A DNA stretch of 64,000 nucleotides, from assembly GCA_965215365.1 (NCBI GenBank), contig CBDCDS010000003.1, forward strand, positions 768,001 through 832,000. Reading direction: 5' to 3'. Positions 37,623 to 47,487 of this stretch are shown here, piece by piece. The notes beneath the pieces were generated by a model, which ran no database searches, was not told the DNA's origin, and saw only the letters and a list, made by a program, of their open reading frames with translations. The position numbers were made by a program, and so were the translations under genes. Position 1 is the stretch's first letter. Each line of letters starts with the position of its first letter. Source of the DNA: Gammaproteobacteria bacterium (lineage in GTDB: Bacteria; Pseudomonadota; Gammaproteobacteria; Eutrophobiales; Eutrophobiaceae).

Positions 37623-38226
37623 TAATTCTAATGAAGGGCTGTCTGTTATGCTGCCTTATCAGCTTATTATTGTGCCGGTCTTGCTTGTTGCTATCCTGCC
37701 AATGCCCTACGGTTATTACACGCTAGTCAGATTGATATGTTGCGCCCTGTTTGTCGATTTAACGGTTCGGCTTTTGGTTAATACTGATAATTCTAAATTG
37801 GGTGGTTGGAGTTTTCTTTGGTTTTTGACGGCGTTTTGTGCAATTTTATACAATCCCTTTATTCCGGTTCATTTGACCAAAGAAATCTGGACGGTGACCA
37901 ACCTTGTCTCTTTGGGTATTGGTGGGGGTGCGGTTTATCTGTTAAGTCGGTTGTCCAAGCCAAAGAAAAAAACCGGAAAAGGAAAAGAACAGTATGCCAC
38001 CGATAAGTTGAAAAAAGCCGATGGTAATTCAATGGCAAAGCAGAAATCAGAGTTAGTGAAAAAGGGGGCGGTTAAGGCACAGCCGGATGTTGAAAACGGC
38101 GAGAAACAGAGCAAAATTAAACAGTGGGCGGCGAGGGCTAATCCGGGGGCTAGATCGGATTACGGGCAATATAGAAAGGACGGGCCGAGGGCTAAGACCA
38201 AGCAGGCTAAGCAACGCCCTTTTTAG
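37606..38226 (+). CDS. DUF6804-like membrane protein with a basic, low-complexity C-terminal tail
   Basis: LPMPYGYYTLVR, AILYNPFIPVHL.KE.W; overlaps the zorB end. Confidence 0.7.
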   Translation: MSNLSDNSNEGLSVMLPYQLIIVPVLLVAILPMPYGYYTLVRLICCALFVDLTVRLLVNTDNSKLGGWSFLWFLTAFCAILYNPFIPVHLTKEIWTVTNLVSLGIGGGAVYLLSRLSKPKKKTGKGKEQYATDKLKKADGNSMAKQKSELVKKGAVKAQPDVENGEKQSKIKQWAARANPGARSDYGQYRKDGPRAKTKQAKQRPF

Positions 38227-38249
38227 CCAAAGACGCATGGCATTAGCTT

Positions 38250-38780
38250 TTGTTGAGAGAATCAGATTTGGACAAAAGTACTGATAATGAAACTTCGACC
38301 GATCGTCCCATTGTATATATGGAGACGACAGTGGTGAGCTACCTGACCGCCAGGCCGAGTCGCGATGTGGTCATAGCAGGACATCAGCAATCAACCCGGG
38401 AATGGTGGGAAGACAGACAAAGCGATTTCAGGGTTGTTGCATCACCACTTGTATTGCAAGAGGCAAGTAGAGGAGACAATCAGGCAGCGCAATCCAGGCT
38501 GGATATTTTAAGGATTGTGGAGTTATTGGAGATCAATGATGACGCAACGACCTTGGCGCGTGAGTTGATAGAAAGCGGAATAATTCCTGAAACTTCGCTT
38601 GATGACGCTTTACATGTCGCTATCGCTGCCGTTAATGGATGTAACTATCTGGCTACTTGGAACTACCGTCATCTGGTCAGCGCTGGGGTGCGGGCGCGAA
38701 TCGAGACATTTTGTCGAGACAAAGGCTATGAAGCGGTGATAATCTGCACACCAGAGGACCTTTTGGAGGAAGCAACATGA
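38250..38780 (+). CDS. PIN-domain (VapC-like) toxin; exact start uncertain
   Basis: VY.ETTVVSYLTARPSRD, TREWW, DALHVAIA, L.TWN..HL, ICTPE.L. Confidence 0.88.
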   Translation: MLRESDLDKSTDNETSTDRPIVYMETTVVSYLTARPSRDVVIAGHQQSTREWWEDRQSDFRVVASPLVLQEASRGDNQAAQSRLDILRIVELLEINDDATTLARELIESGIIPETSLDDALHVAIAAVNGCNYLATWNYRHLVSAGVRARIETFCRDKGYEAVIICTPEDLLEEAT

Positions 38781-38944
38781 AGAACGACCCTATTGTGGAA
38801 GAAGTACGTAGAATCAGAGATGAACATGCGGCAAGATTCAAATACGATTTGGACTTGATAGTGAAAGACCTCAAAGAGCAGGAACGGGCAAGCGGCCGGA
38901 CGTATATCAGGCTGCCACCGCGTCGTATTAAACCGAAATCATGA
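38777..38944 (+). CDS. Small putative antitoxin (55 aa; not in the ORF track)
   Basis: GGAGG RBS, ATGA overlap; MKNDPIVEEVRRIRDEHAARFKYDLDLIVKDLK resembles typical partners of this PIN family. Confidence 0.8.
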   Translation: MKNDPIVEEVRRIRDEHAARFKYDLDLIVKDLKEQERASGRTYIRLPPRRIKPKS

Positions 38945-38995
38945 AGGAATAGGGCGTTTGTCAGATCGGGCGCCTTGAAAATCAATCATCGAAGT

Positions 38996-39709
38996 TTAGT
39001 CTGCGGATTTATCCTGCTCAATCTTTTTCTTCAACTCCTCCATTTCCTCGTCCACCTTGTGCAGGTGGTCGAGCAGGGCGTCGAGGGTGTTTTGTACCGG
39101 GTCGGGCATGTCTTTGCTGCCGCCGTAGGCGTCGAAGCCGATTTTTCTGGCCATGGCGGCGCGCTGGGCTTTTTTCAATTCCTCCTCGGCGCCGGACTCC
39201 CGAGCCATGATGCGGCCGGGGATGCCGACTACGGTGGCGTGGTCGGGGACATCCTTGATAACCACTGCGTTAGAGCCAATCCTGGCGTTGGCACCTAGGG
39301 TGATGGGGCCTAAGACCTTGGCGCCGGCGCCGATGATGACGCCGTTTTTCAGGGTCGGGTGGCGTTTGCCTTTCTGCCAGGTGGTGCCGCCTAAGGTGAC
39401 ACCGTGGTAGATGGAGCAGTCATCGCCGATCTCCGAAGTCTCACCGATGACGATGCCCATGCCGTGGTCGATAAACAGGCGGCGGCCGATGCCGGCGCCG
39501 GGGTGAATCTCCACACCGGTGAGAAAGCGCGACAGGTGCGAGCTGAGGCGCGCAAGCAGATAGAGTTTCTTGTTCCACAGCCAGTGGTTCACGCGATGCA
39601 GCAGGATCGCATGCAGGCCGGGGCAGGTGAGCAGGGTTTCCAGCGCGCTGCGGGCGGCGGGGTCGCGCTCGAACACTACTTGTATGTCTTCTTTGAGGGT
39701 GTTGAACAT
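38996..39709 (-). CDS. cysE: Serine O-acetyltransferase
   Basis: [40 protein letters not shown]. Confidence 0.96.
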   Translation of the reverse strand: MFNTLKEDIQVVFERDPAARSALETLLTCPGLHAILLHRVNHWLWNKKLYLLARLSSHLSRFLTGVEIHPGAGIGRRLFIDHGMGIVIGETSEIGDDCSIYHGVTLGGTTWQKGKRHPTLKNGVIIGAGAKVLGPITLGANARIGSNAVVIKDVPDHATVVGIPGRIMARESGAEEELKKAQRAAMARKIGFDAYGGSKDMPDPVQNTLDALLDHLHKVDEEMEELKKKIEQDKSAD

Positions 39710-39789
39710 GGTGTTGCGGTCTTGTCCCTTCGGGACCTGTATTTCACTGGATTCCCGCGTGCGCAGGAATGACGGGGTTGCGCCTGGAC

Positions 39790-42708
39790 TTACCGTACCA
39801 ACTTGCTTATGCGCTCAACCTCTGCAACTAGTCTGGTAGTGGTAGCTTCCACCTCCGCAAGTTTATCACGTTCCTTCGCTACCACTTGGGCGGGTGCCTT
39901 GTCGATAAAGTTCCGGTTTTGCAGTTTGCCGCTCAGTCGTTGCCGTTCGGCCTCAAGCCGGGCCAGTTGTTTGCCCAGTTTTTCCAGCTCCTCGGCGGGG
40001 TCGATGAGGTCGGCCAAGGGCACCATGAGGGTCATGGAACCGGCTTCGGCGGTGATTGCATCGTCGGGCACCTTAGCCAAACGTTCAACACCGGTGACGC
40101 GGGTCAGCGACCGGATTGGTCTGAGATTGGCCCGCAGCCAGGCCTGTTCCTGTTCGCTGCCGCGGTTGACCTTCAGGTCCAGCGGCTTTCCCGGCGCGAT
40201 ATCACGTTCGGCGCGGATACGCCGCACCCCCAGGATGAATGACTTCAGCCATTCCACCTCAGCCAGCGTCTCAGCATGACTCTCGACCACCTGCTGCCAG
40301 TCCGCCGACGTGGAATAATCCGCCGTCACCGCCTGTGTCGAGTCCACCGCTATGGAAACATTTCCAACTACCCCGCTGGCATCATTTCCTTGCGCGTTAG
40401 AAACGGGGCCGATTATGCCGGCAATCTCCGCGGCAACAGGGTAAGACTGCAACATCACGGTCTCCCCGCCCCGCCCCAGCAACGGCACTACCTTTTGCCA
40501 CAACTCCTCGGTGATAAAAGGCATGAACGGGTGTAACAAGCGCAGCAACAGTTCCAGGTTATGCACCAGGGTGTGCAGCACGCCACGTTTCTGTGCCGCC
40601 GTTGCTTGCGGGTCGTTCAGCACGGGTTTCGACAGCTCCACATACCAATCGCAATACTCATCCCAGGTGAACTCGTATAAGGCCTGGGCTGCCAGATCGA
40701 AGCGATACCCGGCCAGGCTGTGTTCAACCTGTGCCAGGGCCTGCCCCAGGCGGATGCTGATCCAGCATTCGGCGCTACCGTACTGCACGGTACCGGTATT
40801 GACTTCCAAACCCTGCTGCTCGACACTTAGCAGCACATACCGGGTGGCGTTCCAGAGCTTGTTGCAGAAGTTGCGATAACCCTGGATGCGCCCCGTGTCA
40901 AAACGGATGTCGCGCCCTTGGGTGGCCAGCTGGGCGAAGGTAAAACGCAAGGCATCGGCACCGAACGCGGGAATGCCCTGCGGGAATTGCTTGCGCGTCG
41001 CTTGCTCAATGCCGGCCTGCAACTGCGGCTGCATCAGGTTGGCTGTCTGTTTGGATACCAGCGCCTCGAGCTCTATACCGTCGATCAGGTCCAGCGGGTC
41101 CAGGACATTGCCCTTGGACTTGGACATCTTGCGGCCTTGCGAGTCGCGCACCAGGCCGGTCACATAGACCTCCCGGAACGGTACGTCGCCCATGAACTTC
41201 AGTCCCATCATGATCATCCTGGCAACCCAGAAAAAGATGATGTCAAAACCGGTTACCAACACACTGGTGGGGTAAAAGCGTTCCAGCTCACTGGTCTGTT
41301 GCGGCCAGCCCAGGGTGGAAAAAGGCCATAACGCCGAGGAAAACCAGGTGTCCAGCACATCCGGGTCACGGGTCAGCGCCACGGCTTCGGGCAGCCGGTA
41401 TTTGCGGCGCGCCTGGGCTTCGTCCCTGGCTACGTAGATATTGCCGTCGGCATCGTACCAGGCCGGGATGCGGTGCCCCCACCAGAGCTGGCGCGAGATG
41501 CACCAGTCGTTGATGTTGCGCATCCACTCGAAGTAGGTTTTCGACCAGTTCTCCGGCACAAAACGGATGTCCCCGCGTGCCACTGCGGCAATAGCCGGGT
41601 CGGCCAGCGGCTGAATCCTTACGTACCACTGGTCGGTGAGATAAGGCTCGATGATGGCGCCGGAGCGATCACCGCGCGGTGCCATCAGGGTGTGCTCTTC
41701 GATTTTCTCCAGCAAGCCCAGCGCAGTCAGGTCTTCAATGATCCGGTGGCGCGCCTGATAGCGATCCAGGCCCTGGTAAGCGGCGGGAGCGTTGTCGTTG
41801 AGCGCCGCGTCAATAGTGAAGATGTTCAGCAACGGCAGGTTGTGACGCTGCCCCATGTCGTAATCATTGAAATCGTGCGCCGGCGTGATTTTGACGCAGC
41901 CGCTGCCGAAGGCCGGGTCCACATGGTCATCGGCAATCACCGGGATGCTGCGGCCGGTCAGGGGCAGCTCTACCGTTGCCCCTACCAGTTTGCGGTAGCG
42001 CGCGTCATCGGGATGCACCGCCACCGCAGCATCACCCAGCATCGTTTCAGGACGTGTCGTCGCCACCACCAGCGCGCCGTGACCATCCGTGCGCGGGTAG
42101 CGAATATGCCAGAGGTGGCTTTTTTCCTCCTCCGCCAGCACCTCTAAGTCGGAAACGGCCGTGTGCAGCACCGGGTCCCAGTTCACCAGGCGCTTGCCGC
42201 GATAGATCAACCCCTCGTCATAGAGGCGGATAAATACCTCCTGCACGGCTTGCGAGAGACCCTCGTCCATGGTAAAACGTTCCCGGCTCCAGTCCATGGA
42301 CGCGCCCAGGCGCCGCGACTGGCGGCTGATGGTATTGCCGGAATGGGCTTTCCAGTCCCACACCGCCTGCATGAACTGCTCCCGCCCCAGATCATGCCGG
42401 GATTGGCCCTTAGCCTCCAACTGCCGCTCCACCACCATCTGCGTGGCGATGCCGGCATGGTCGGTTCCGCACTGCCACAAGGTGTCATCGCCCCGCATGC
42501 GTCGGTAGCGGATCAATATGTCCATCAGCGTCTGCTGGAAGGCATGCCCCATGTGCAGGCTGCCGGTGACGTTGGGCGGCGGCAGGGCGATGCTGTAGGA
42601 GGCGCGCCCGTCTCGGGGCCCGCCGCGGGGATGAAAATACCCCTGTCGCTCCCACTGTTCATACCAGCGGGCTTCGATGGTTTGGGGATTGTAGGTTTTG
42701 TCCAACAT
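39790..42708 (-). CDS. valS: Valine-tRNA ligase
   Basis: [38 protein letters not shown]; start MLDKTY. Confidence 0.97.
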   Translation of the reverse strand: MLDKTYNPQTIEARWYEQWERQGYFHPRGGPRDGRASYSIALPPPNVTGSLHMGHAFQQTLMDILIRYRRMRGDDTLWQCGTDHAGIATQMVVERQLEAKGQSRHDLGREQFMQAVWDWKAHSGNTISRQSRRLGASMDWSRERFTMDEGLSQAVQEVFIRLYDEGLIYRGKRLVNWDPVLHTAVSDLEVLAEEEKSHLWHIRYPRTDGHGALVVATTRPETMLGDAAVAVHPDDARYRKLVGATVELPLTGRSIPVIADDHVDPAFGSGCVKITPAHDFNDYDMGQRHNLPLLNIFTIDAALNDNAPAAYQGLDRYQARHRIIEDLTALGLLEKIEEHTLMAPRGDRSGAIIEPYLTDQWYVRIQPLADPAIAAVARGDIRFVPENWSKTYFEWMRNINDWCISRQLWWGHRIPAWYDADGNIYVARDEAQARRKYRLPEAVALTRDPDVLDTWFSSALWPFSTLGWPQQTSELERFYPTSVLVTGFDIIFFWVARMIMMGLKFMGDVPFREVYVTGLVRDSQGRKMSKSKGNVLDPLDLIDGIELEALVSKQTANLMQPQLQAGIEQATRKQFPQGIPAFGADALRFTFAQLATQGRDIRFDTGRIQGYRNFCNKLWNATRYVLLSVEQQGLEVNTGTVQYGSAECWISIRLGQALAQVEHSLAGYRFDLAAQALYEFTWDEYCDWYVELSKPVLNDPQATAAQKRGVLHTLVHNLELLLRLLHPFMPFITEELWQKVVPLLGRGGETVMLQSYPVAAEIAGIIGPVSNAQGNDASGVVGNVSIAVDSTQAVTADYSTSADWQQVVESHAETLAEVEWLKSFILGVRRIRAERDIAPGKPLDLKVNRGSEQEQAWLRANLRPIRSLTRVTGVERLAKVPDDAITAEAGSMTLMVPLADLIDPAEELEKLGKQLARLEAERQRLSGKLQNRNFIDKAPAQVVAKERDKLAEVEATTTRLVAEVERISKLVR

Positions 42709-42736
42709 TACCGCAGCTCCCGGATCAGGCTCCGAA

Positions 42737-43201
42737 TCAGGCACGAGCAGCCCCGATATTGTGGCTGTGCAGTTCCAGCCCTCGGTCACGGTACTCCTGG
42801 TAGCGCGCCCGCGCCTGCCGGCGCGCAGCCGGGTCGGACGGCACGACTTCGACAATGCGTTCATAGCCGTTCACAGCCGCCGGCACCGCGTCGCACAGGT
42901 TAATGAACACCCGCCGCGCCGGGGGGGTCTGTCCGGCCCAGCCGATGACGACCGGATAGTTGTCCAGGTCCTCGGCGGCATCTATGGCGGCATGTGGCAG
43001 GAAGCTGATATCCCGGAAAGTCCAAAGCAAGGTATCCAAGGTTTCGGCCTCCTCCCGGGATGCGGCGTGGATATAGACATCATACCCTCCCTGTCTGGCC
43101 TTCTCCACCAGCTGGCAGACGAAACGATGAGGCATCGTCTGCTCAGCAACGATATAAAAGTCCGCTCTGCTCACGCTAGCCGGCGCGCTGCCTGACGGCA
43201 C
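42737..43201 (-). CDS. holC: DNA polymerase III chi subunit
   Basis: RADFY, C.LVEKA, LD.LLWTF...SFLPH, RIVEVV, AR.RY..YR..G. Confidence 0.92.
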   Translation of the reverse strand: MPSGSAPASVSRADFYIVAEQTMPHRFVCQLVEKARQGGYDVYIHAASREEAETLDTLLWTFRDISFLPHAAIDAAEDLDNYPVVIGWAGQTPPARRVFINLCDAVPAAVNGYERIVEVVPSDPAARRQARARYQEYRDRGLELHSHNIGAARA

Positions 43202-43225
43202 TCTTTCCAGCGGATTTTGACATGC

Positions 43226-44725
43226 TCAGGTGTTTTTCTCACATTGCTGAATCAGGTATTCCACCAGCAAGGGCACGGGACGTCCGGTCGCACACTTGTT
43301 TTTGCCGCTGACCCAGGCGGTGCCGGCGATATCCAGGTGCGCCCAGTGGAATTTTCTGGCAAACTTGGACAGGAAACAGGCGGCGGTGATAGTGCCGGCC
43401 TCGCGCCCGCCGATGTTGGCCATGTCCGCGAACGGGCTGTCCAGCTGTTTCTCGTATTCCTCCCACAACGGCAGCTGCCAGGCCCGGTCGCCGGCGTTCA
43501 GCCCGGCCTGCAACAACTCTGCCGCCAGCGGTTCGTGGTTACTCATCAGGCCCGAAGCATGTTTGCCCAGGGCGACTATGCAGGCGCCGGTGAGCGTGGC
43601 AATGTCAACCACTGCGACCGGAGCAAAGCGCTCGCTGTAAGTCAGAGCATCGCACAATATCAGGCGGCCCTCCGCATCCGTATTCAGCACTTCCACAGTC
43701 TGGCCAGACATGCTGGTAAAAATGTCGCCAGGCTTGGTTGCAGTGCTGCTGGGCATATTCTCCACCGCCGGCGTCAGTCCCACCAGATTGATCGGGAGTT
43801 CCATCCCGGCGACGGCAGCCACCGCGCCAAACACCGAGGCGGCACCACACATGTCGAATTTCATCTCATCCATCGCCGCCGCGGGCTTGATCGATATGCC
43901 GCCGGTGTCAAAGGTCACACCTTTCCCTATCAGCGCCACCGGCTTGCTGTCATCCCCCGCGCCCTGGTAACGGAAGACGATCAATTTCCCCGGTTGCGCG
44001 CTGCCTTGGGATACCGACAGCAGGGAATGCATGCCCAGCTCCTTCATTTCCGCCTCATCCAGTACCTTTACGTCCACTGCGGGATAGGTCTTGCCCAACG
44101 CCAGCGCTTGTTCGGCGAGATGAGTCGGCGTGCAGGCGTTGGCCGGGCGATTGGCCAAGTCACGGGTCAGTTTCACGCCTGCGGCCAAGGCCATGCCGCG
44201 CGTCAGCGCGGTATGGCATTGCGCCAGCTCCCGGCGCGTGGGCACCACCAGGGTAATTTTACGCAGGCTTTTTTTGGGTTCATTTTTCTTGCTCTTGAAT
44301 TCATTGAAGCGGTAGAGTTCATGGTCGGCCCATTGCACCGCGTTTTGTATCTTCCAGGGGTAATCCCGCTCCTTGACCTCCAGTTCCGGCAAAAAACTCA
44401 TGGCTTCGGTGGCGCCGGTCTGTTGCAGTTGTTTGACGCCAGCAGTGATAATTTTCCGGTATTGCCGGTCATCGAGGTCAGCCTGCTTGCCGCAGCCGAG
44501 CAGCAACAGGCGTTCGGCGGCGCAGCCGGGCACCTTGTGCAAGAGCAGTGACTGGCCGATTTTTCCGTCCATATCGCCGTTGCGTAACAAGCCGGAGAGG
44601 AAGCCGGCACCCGCGTCGTCCAAAGCCTGGGCGGCGGGGGTTAATTTGCGGGATTCGTACACGCCGGCCAGTACGCAGGCACTACGCTGTTTTACGGGAC
44701 TGCCGCTCTTAATATTGTATTCCAT
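43226..44725 (-). CDS. pepA: Leucyl aminopeptidase
   Basis: GKGVTFDTGGISIKP, MKFDMCGAA, NTDAEGRL, HLDIAGTAW. Confidence 0.97.
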   Translation of the reverse strand: MEYNIKSGSPVKQRSACVLAGVYESRKLTPAAQALDDAGAGFLSGLLRNGDMDGKIGQSLLLHKVPGCAAERLLLLGCGKQADLDDRQYRKIITAGVKQLQQTGATEAMSFLPELEVKERDYPWKIQNAVQWADHELYRFNEFKSKKNEPKKSLRKITLVVPTRRELAQCHTALTRGMALAAGVKLTRDLANRPANACTPTHLAEQALALGKTYPAVDVKVLDEAEMKELGMHSLLSVSQGSAQPGKLIVFRYQGAGDDSKPVALIGKGVTFDTGGISIKPAAAMDEMKFDMCGAASVFGAVAAVAGMELPINLVGLTPAVENMPSSTATKPGDIFTSMSGQTVEVLNTDAEGRLILCDALTYSERFAPVAVVDIATLTGACIVALGKHASGLMSNHEPLAAELLQAGLNAGDRAWQLPLWEEYEKQLDSPFADMANIGGREAGTITAACFLSKFARKFHWAHLDIAGTAWVSGKNKCATGRPVPLLVEYLIQQCEKNT

Positions 44726-44840
44726 GATATTCTTTCACTGGTTATGATGAGAATAGTAACCTCTGATTTTTAGAGGCGCCTTTGTCTCGGATTCTATCTG
44801 ATAACCGGCGTTAACACCAGCTATCCAATAATCCTATCTA

Positions 44841-45956
44841 ATGATCCTGCGCCGCTACATTCACAGAGAAATAGCTGAGAAACTCGGCTGGATCATCGGC
44901 CTGCTGGCGTTGATTATCATGAGTAATCGCTTTGTCAGGTATCTGGCAGATGCCGCCGCCGGGGTCTTTCCCGCCGACCTGGTGTTGCAGTCGCTGCTGA
45001 TGAAAATGCTGGCGACCTTGCCGAAGCTGATGCCCATTGCCATTTTTCTGGCGGTCCTGCTCGGCCTGTCCAGACTGGCGCGCGACCGGGAACTGACCGT
45101 GGTGTCGGCATCCGGCAGTGGCTATCGGGTACAACTGGTCGCGATCCTGCAGTTGTCCCTGCTGTTTTCCCTGATCGTGTTCGCTACCAGTTTTTATGTC
45201 GCGCCCTGGGCCGCGCAGAATACCGCGACCTTGCGCGCCCAGGCTGAAGTGGAAGCGGAGACCGCCGCTGTCGCGGCCGGCAAATTCAACGAAATGAGCA
45301 GGGGAGAGCAGGTCATATATATTGAACGTGCCTCAAGTGACAGGACGCGCATGGAGAACATTTTCCTGCAAGCCCGGCGCGACCAGCAAACCAGTGTGAT
45401 CAACTCACGTAGCGCCAGCTACCGAACTATTGATGACCTGGGCGGCAAGTTCCTGTTATTCGAACACGGACGGCGTTACACCAGCAGCCGCGACGCGCTG
45501 GACTACCAGATAACCCGCTACCGCACTTACGCGGTATTGGTTGAACAGAGCGATGCGCAACGCAACTATATCAAACTGGAGGCAGTGCCGACGGCAACTC
45601 TGCTCGGCTCAGACAACCCACAACACCAGGCTGAATTACAGTGGCGCCTGTCTTTTGTGATTGCCTCATTGTTGCTGCCCGTGCTGGCGTTGGCCCTGAG
45701 CCGTTATTCATTCAGCGAGCAGAAATACTTCGCGGCGTTCGTGGCCGTGCTGATCTACATTATCTACAGCAATCTACTGAGCATTGCGAAAACCATGTTA
45801 AAACGGGATGAGATACCGGCTTTCATCGGCCTCTGGTGGGTGCATCTGGCCTTGCTCGCATTGATTATCTGTGCCTTTGCGTGGCCGCGGCTGCGGCGGC
45901 GGCTGAAGCAGGGGACACCGCGGCCGCAGGCTGCCGGGCACGGCGCGACGGCATGA
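44841..45956 (+). CDS. lptF: LPS export permease LptF
   Basis: MILRRY..REI, RYL.DAA.G, AELQWRLS; divergent from pepA. Confidence 0.9.
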   Translation: MILRRYIHREIAEKLGWIIGLLALIIMSNRFVRYLADAAAGVFPADLVLQSLLMKMLATLPKLMPIAIFLAVLLGLSRLARDRELTVVSASGSGYRVQLVAILQLSLLFSLIVFATSFYVAPWAAQNTATLRAQAEVEAETAAVAAGKFNEMSRGEQVIYIERASSDRTRMENIFLQARRDQQTSVINSRSASYRTIDDLGGKFLLFEHGRRYTSSRDALDYQITRYRTYAVLVEQSDAQRNYIKLEAVPTATLLGSDNPQHQAELQWRLSFVIASLLLPVLALALSRYSFSEQKYFAAFVAVLIYIIYSNLLSIAKTMLKRDEIPAFIGLWWVHLALLALIICAFAWPRLRRRLKQGTPRPQAAGHGATA

Positions 45957-47131
45957 AGATCATACAACGCTATTTCATTGTCAACCTGGTCTGGCCGACC
46001 GCGCTGGCGCTGTTAGTGCTGGTTGGCATTTTTGCGTTTCTATCCTTAATCGACCAACTGGAAGACGCCGGGCAAGCAAATTTCGGCGCCTACGAAGCCG
46101 TTATTTACGTGCTGTTGACCTTGCCCCGGCTGGCTTATGAGATCATGCCTGTGGCAGCGATGATCGGGGGCATGGCCTGTCTGGCGCTGCTCACCCGCAA
46201 CCGCGAACTCGACATTATCAGGCTGGCCGGCGGCTCGGAATCTTCCGTCGCCTGGTTTCTTGGCAACGCAGCTCTGCTCATCATCGTATTTTATATCCTG
46301 CTCGGCGAGTTCGTGGTGCCCGCAACCGAAATAAAAGCCAGGTATCAACGTTCCATTGCCTTGCAGGAACAAATTGCCATGCAAACCCGGTACGGTTTCT
46401 GGGCCCGGGACGGCAACAGTTTCATCAATATCCGCAAGATACTGCCCGGCAACCGCGTCGAGGAAGTCTATATTTACGAATTCGATGAGGAGGCCCGGTT
46501 ACGCAGCAGTATCAGCGCCGAAAACGCCCGTTATAACGACGACCACTGGGTGCTGGAAGGTGTGGAAAGGACGATCATTGATAACGATGGAGTCAGCCTG
46601 GAACGACATGATCGCGCGGCCTGGGCATCCTGGATGGACGATGATTTAATCGACTTGATCATCATCAACCCCTTGTACATGTCGGTATGGAACCTCCGGG
46701 ACAGTATTCGGGCGCTGCAAGCCAATGCGCAGAGCACGGCTGTTTACGAACAGGCGCTCTATGGCAAGCTGACGCGCCCGTTTACCATCCTCGCCATGAT
46801 CCTGCTGTCTGCCCCGCTGGTTGCCGCACGCAGGCACGACGGCGGCCCCGGACAACAGGTCTTTACAGGCGCCCTGATCGGAGTGATCTTCTACTTTGTT
46901 AACTCCGCCGCCGGCCATATCGGCATCGTTTACGGGGCACACCCGCTTATCAGCGCGACCGCGCCCACCCTGCTGCTGTACCTGATATTGTTCAGGCTTT
47001 ACCGACGTAAACCAGCAGTGTCCCGGAGCCGCGGTCATGTAAGGCCCGACGCTCCTTATCGAACAAGCACCAAAGAAATCCGGCGCCCAATACAACCCAG
47101 GATACGCCGGCAAGAAAAAACCTTGCGCTGA
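45953..47131 (+). CDS. lptG: LPS export permease LptG
   Basis: MKII.RY, GE.V.P, G.W.RDGN.F.NI; ATGA overlap with lptF. Confidence 0.9.
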   Translation: MKIIQRYFIVNLVWPTALALLVLVGIFAFLSLIDQLEDAGQANFGAYEAVIYVLLTLPRLAYEIMPVAAMIGGMACLALLTRNRELDIIRLAGGSESSVAWFLGNAALLIIVFYILLGEFVVPATEIKARYQRSIALQEQIAMQTRYGFWARDGNSFINIRKILPGNRVEEVYIYEFDEEARLRSSISAENARYNDDHWVLEGVERTIIDNDGVSLERHDRAAWASWMDDDLIDLIIINPLYMSVWNLRDSIRALQANAQSTAVYEQALYGKLTRPFTILAMILLSAPLVAARRHDGGPGQQVFTGALIGVIFYFVNSAAGHIGIVYGAHPLISATAPTLLLYLILFRLYRRKPAVSRSRGHVRPDAPYRTSTKEIRRPIQPRIRRQEKTLR

Positions 47132-47462
47132 GGCTTTTCCAGTCCGGCACACGGCCATCCGCGCTGACCAGGTAGATACGCCAGGCGCGCATGCCCAGAG
47201 TTTGGCGCCCCGTTTTCCACTGCCAGACGAAATACAACCAGGCAATAACCAGCAGGTAGGCAGAATATAACGGGTGGCCGGCGCTGAAGGCTACACCGCC
47301 ACTCACGGTCAACGCGGCTAGGGTTGCAAAGAACAACACAGAAAACAACAGGCAGCAGTCATAAATAATAGCCGCCAGCCGGCGCGCCAAGCTGCAAGTG
47401 GCATGATGTTTGGAGTCAGACATGCCAGGGAAAAGTATATTGACGACAAATATTGCCGACAT
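46992..47462 (-). CDS. RDD family protein
   Basis: RRLAA.IYD, QTLGM.AW.I, D...RALHD..S.T. Confidence 0.88.
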   Translation of the reverse strand: MSAIFVVNILFPGMSDSKHHATCSLARRLAAIIYDCCLLFSVLFFATLAALTVSGGVAFSAGHPLYSAYLLVIAWLYFVWQWKTGRQTLGMRAWRIYLVSADGRVPDWKSLSARFFLAGVSWVVLGAGFLWCLFDKERRALHDRGSGTLLVYVGKA

Positions 47463-47487
47463 TGCGCAGTGGAAGCACTGTCTGGTG

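Noticed and set aside
43217-44551. Long antisense ORFs (also 15295-16326, 53822-54847, 54606-55706, 55899-56993, 58018-59070)
   Set aside because: Shadow frames of well-supported genes in GC-rich DNA, with no recognisable motifs
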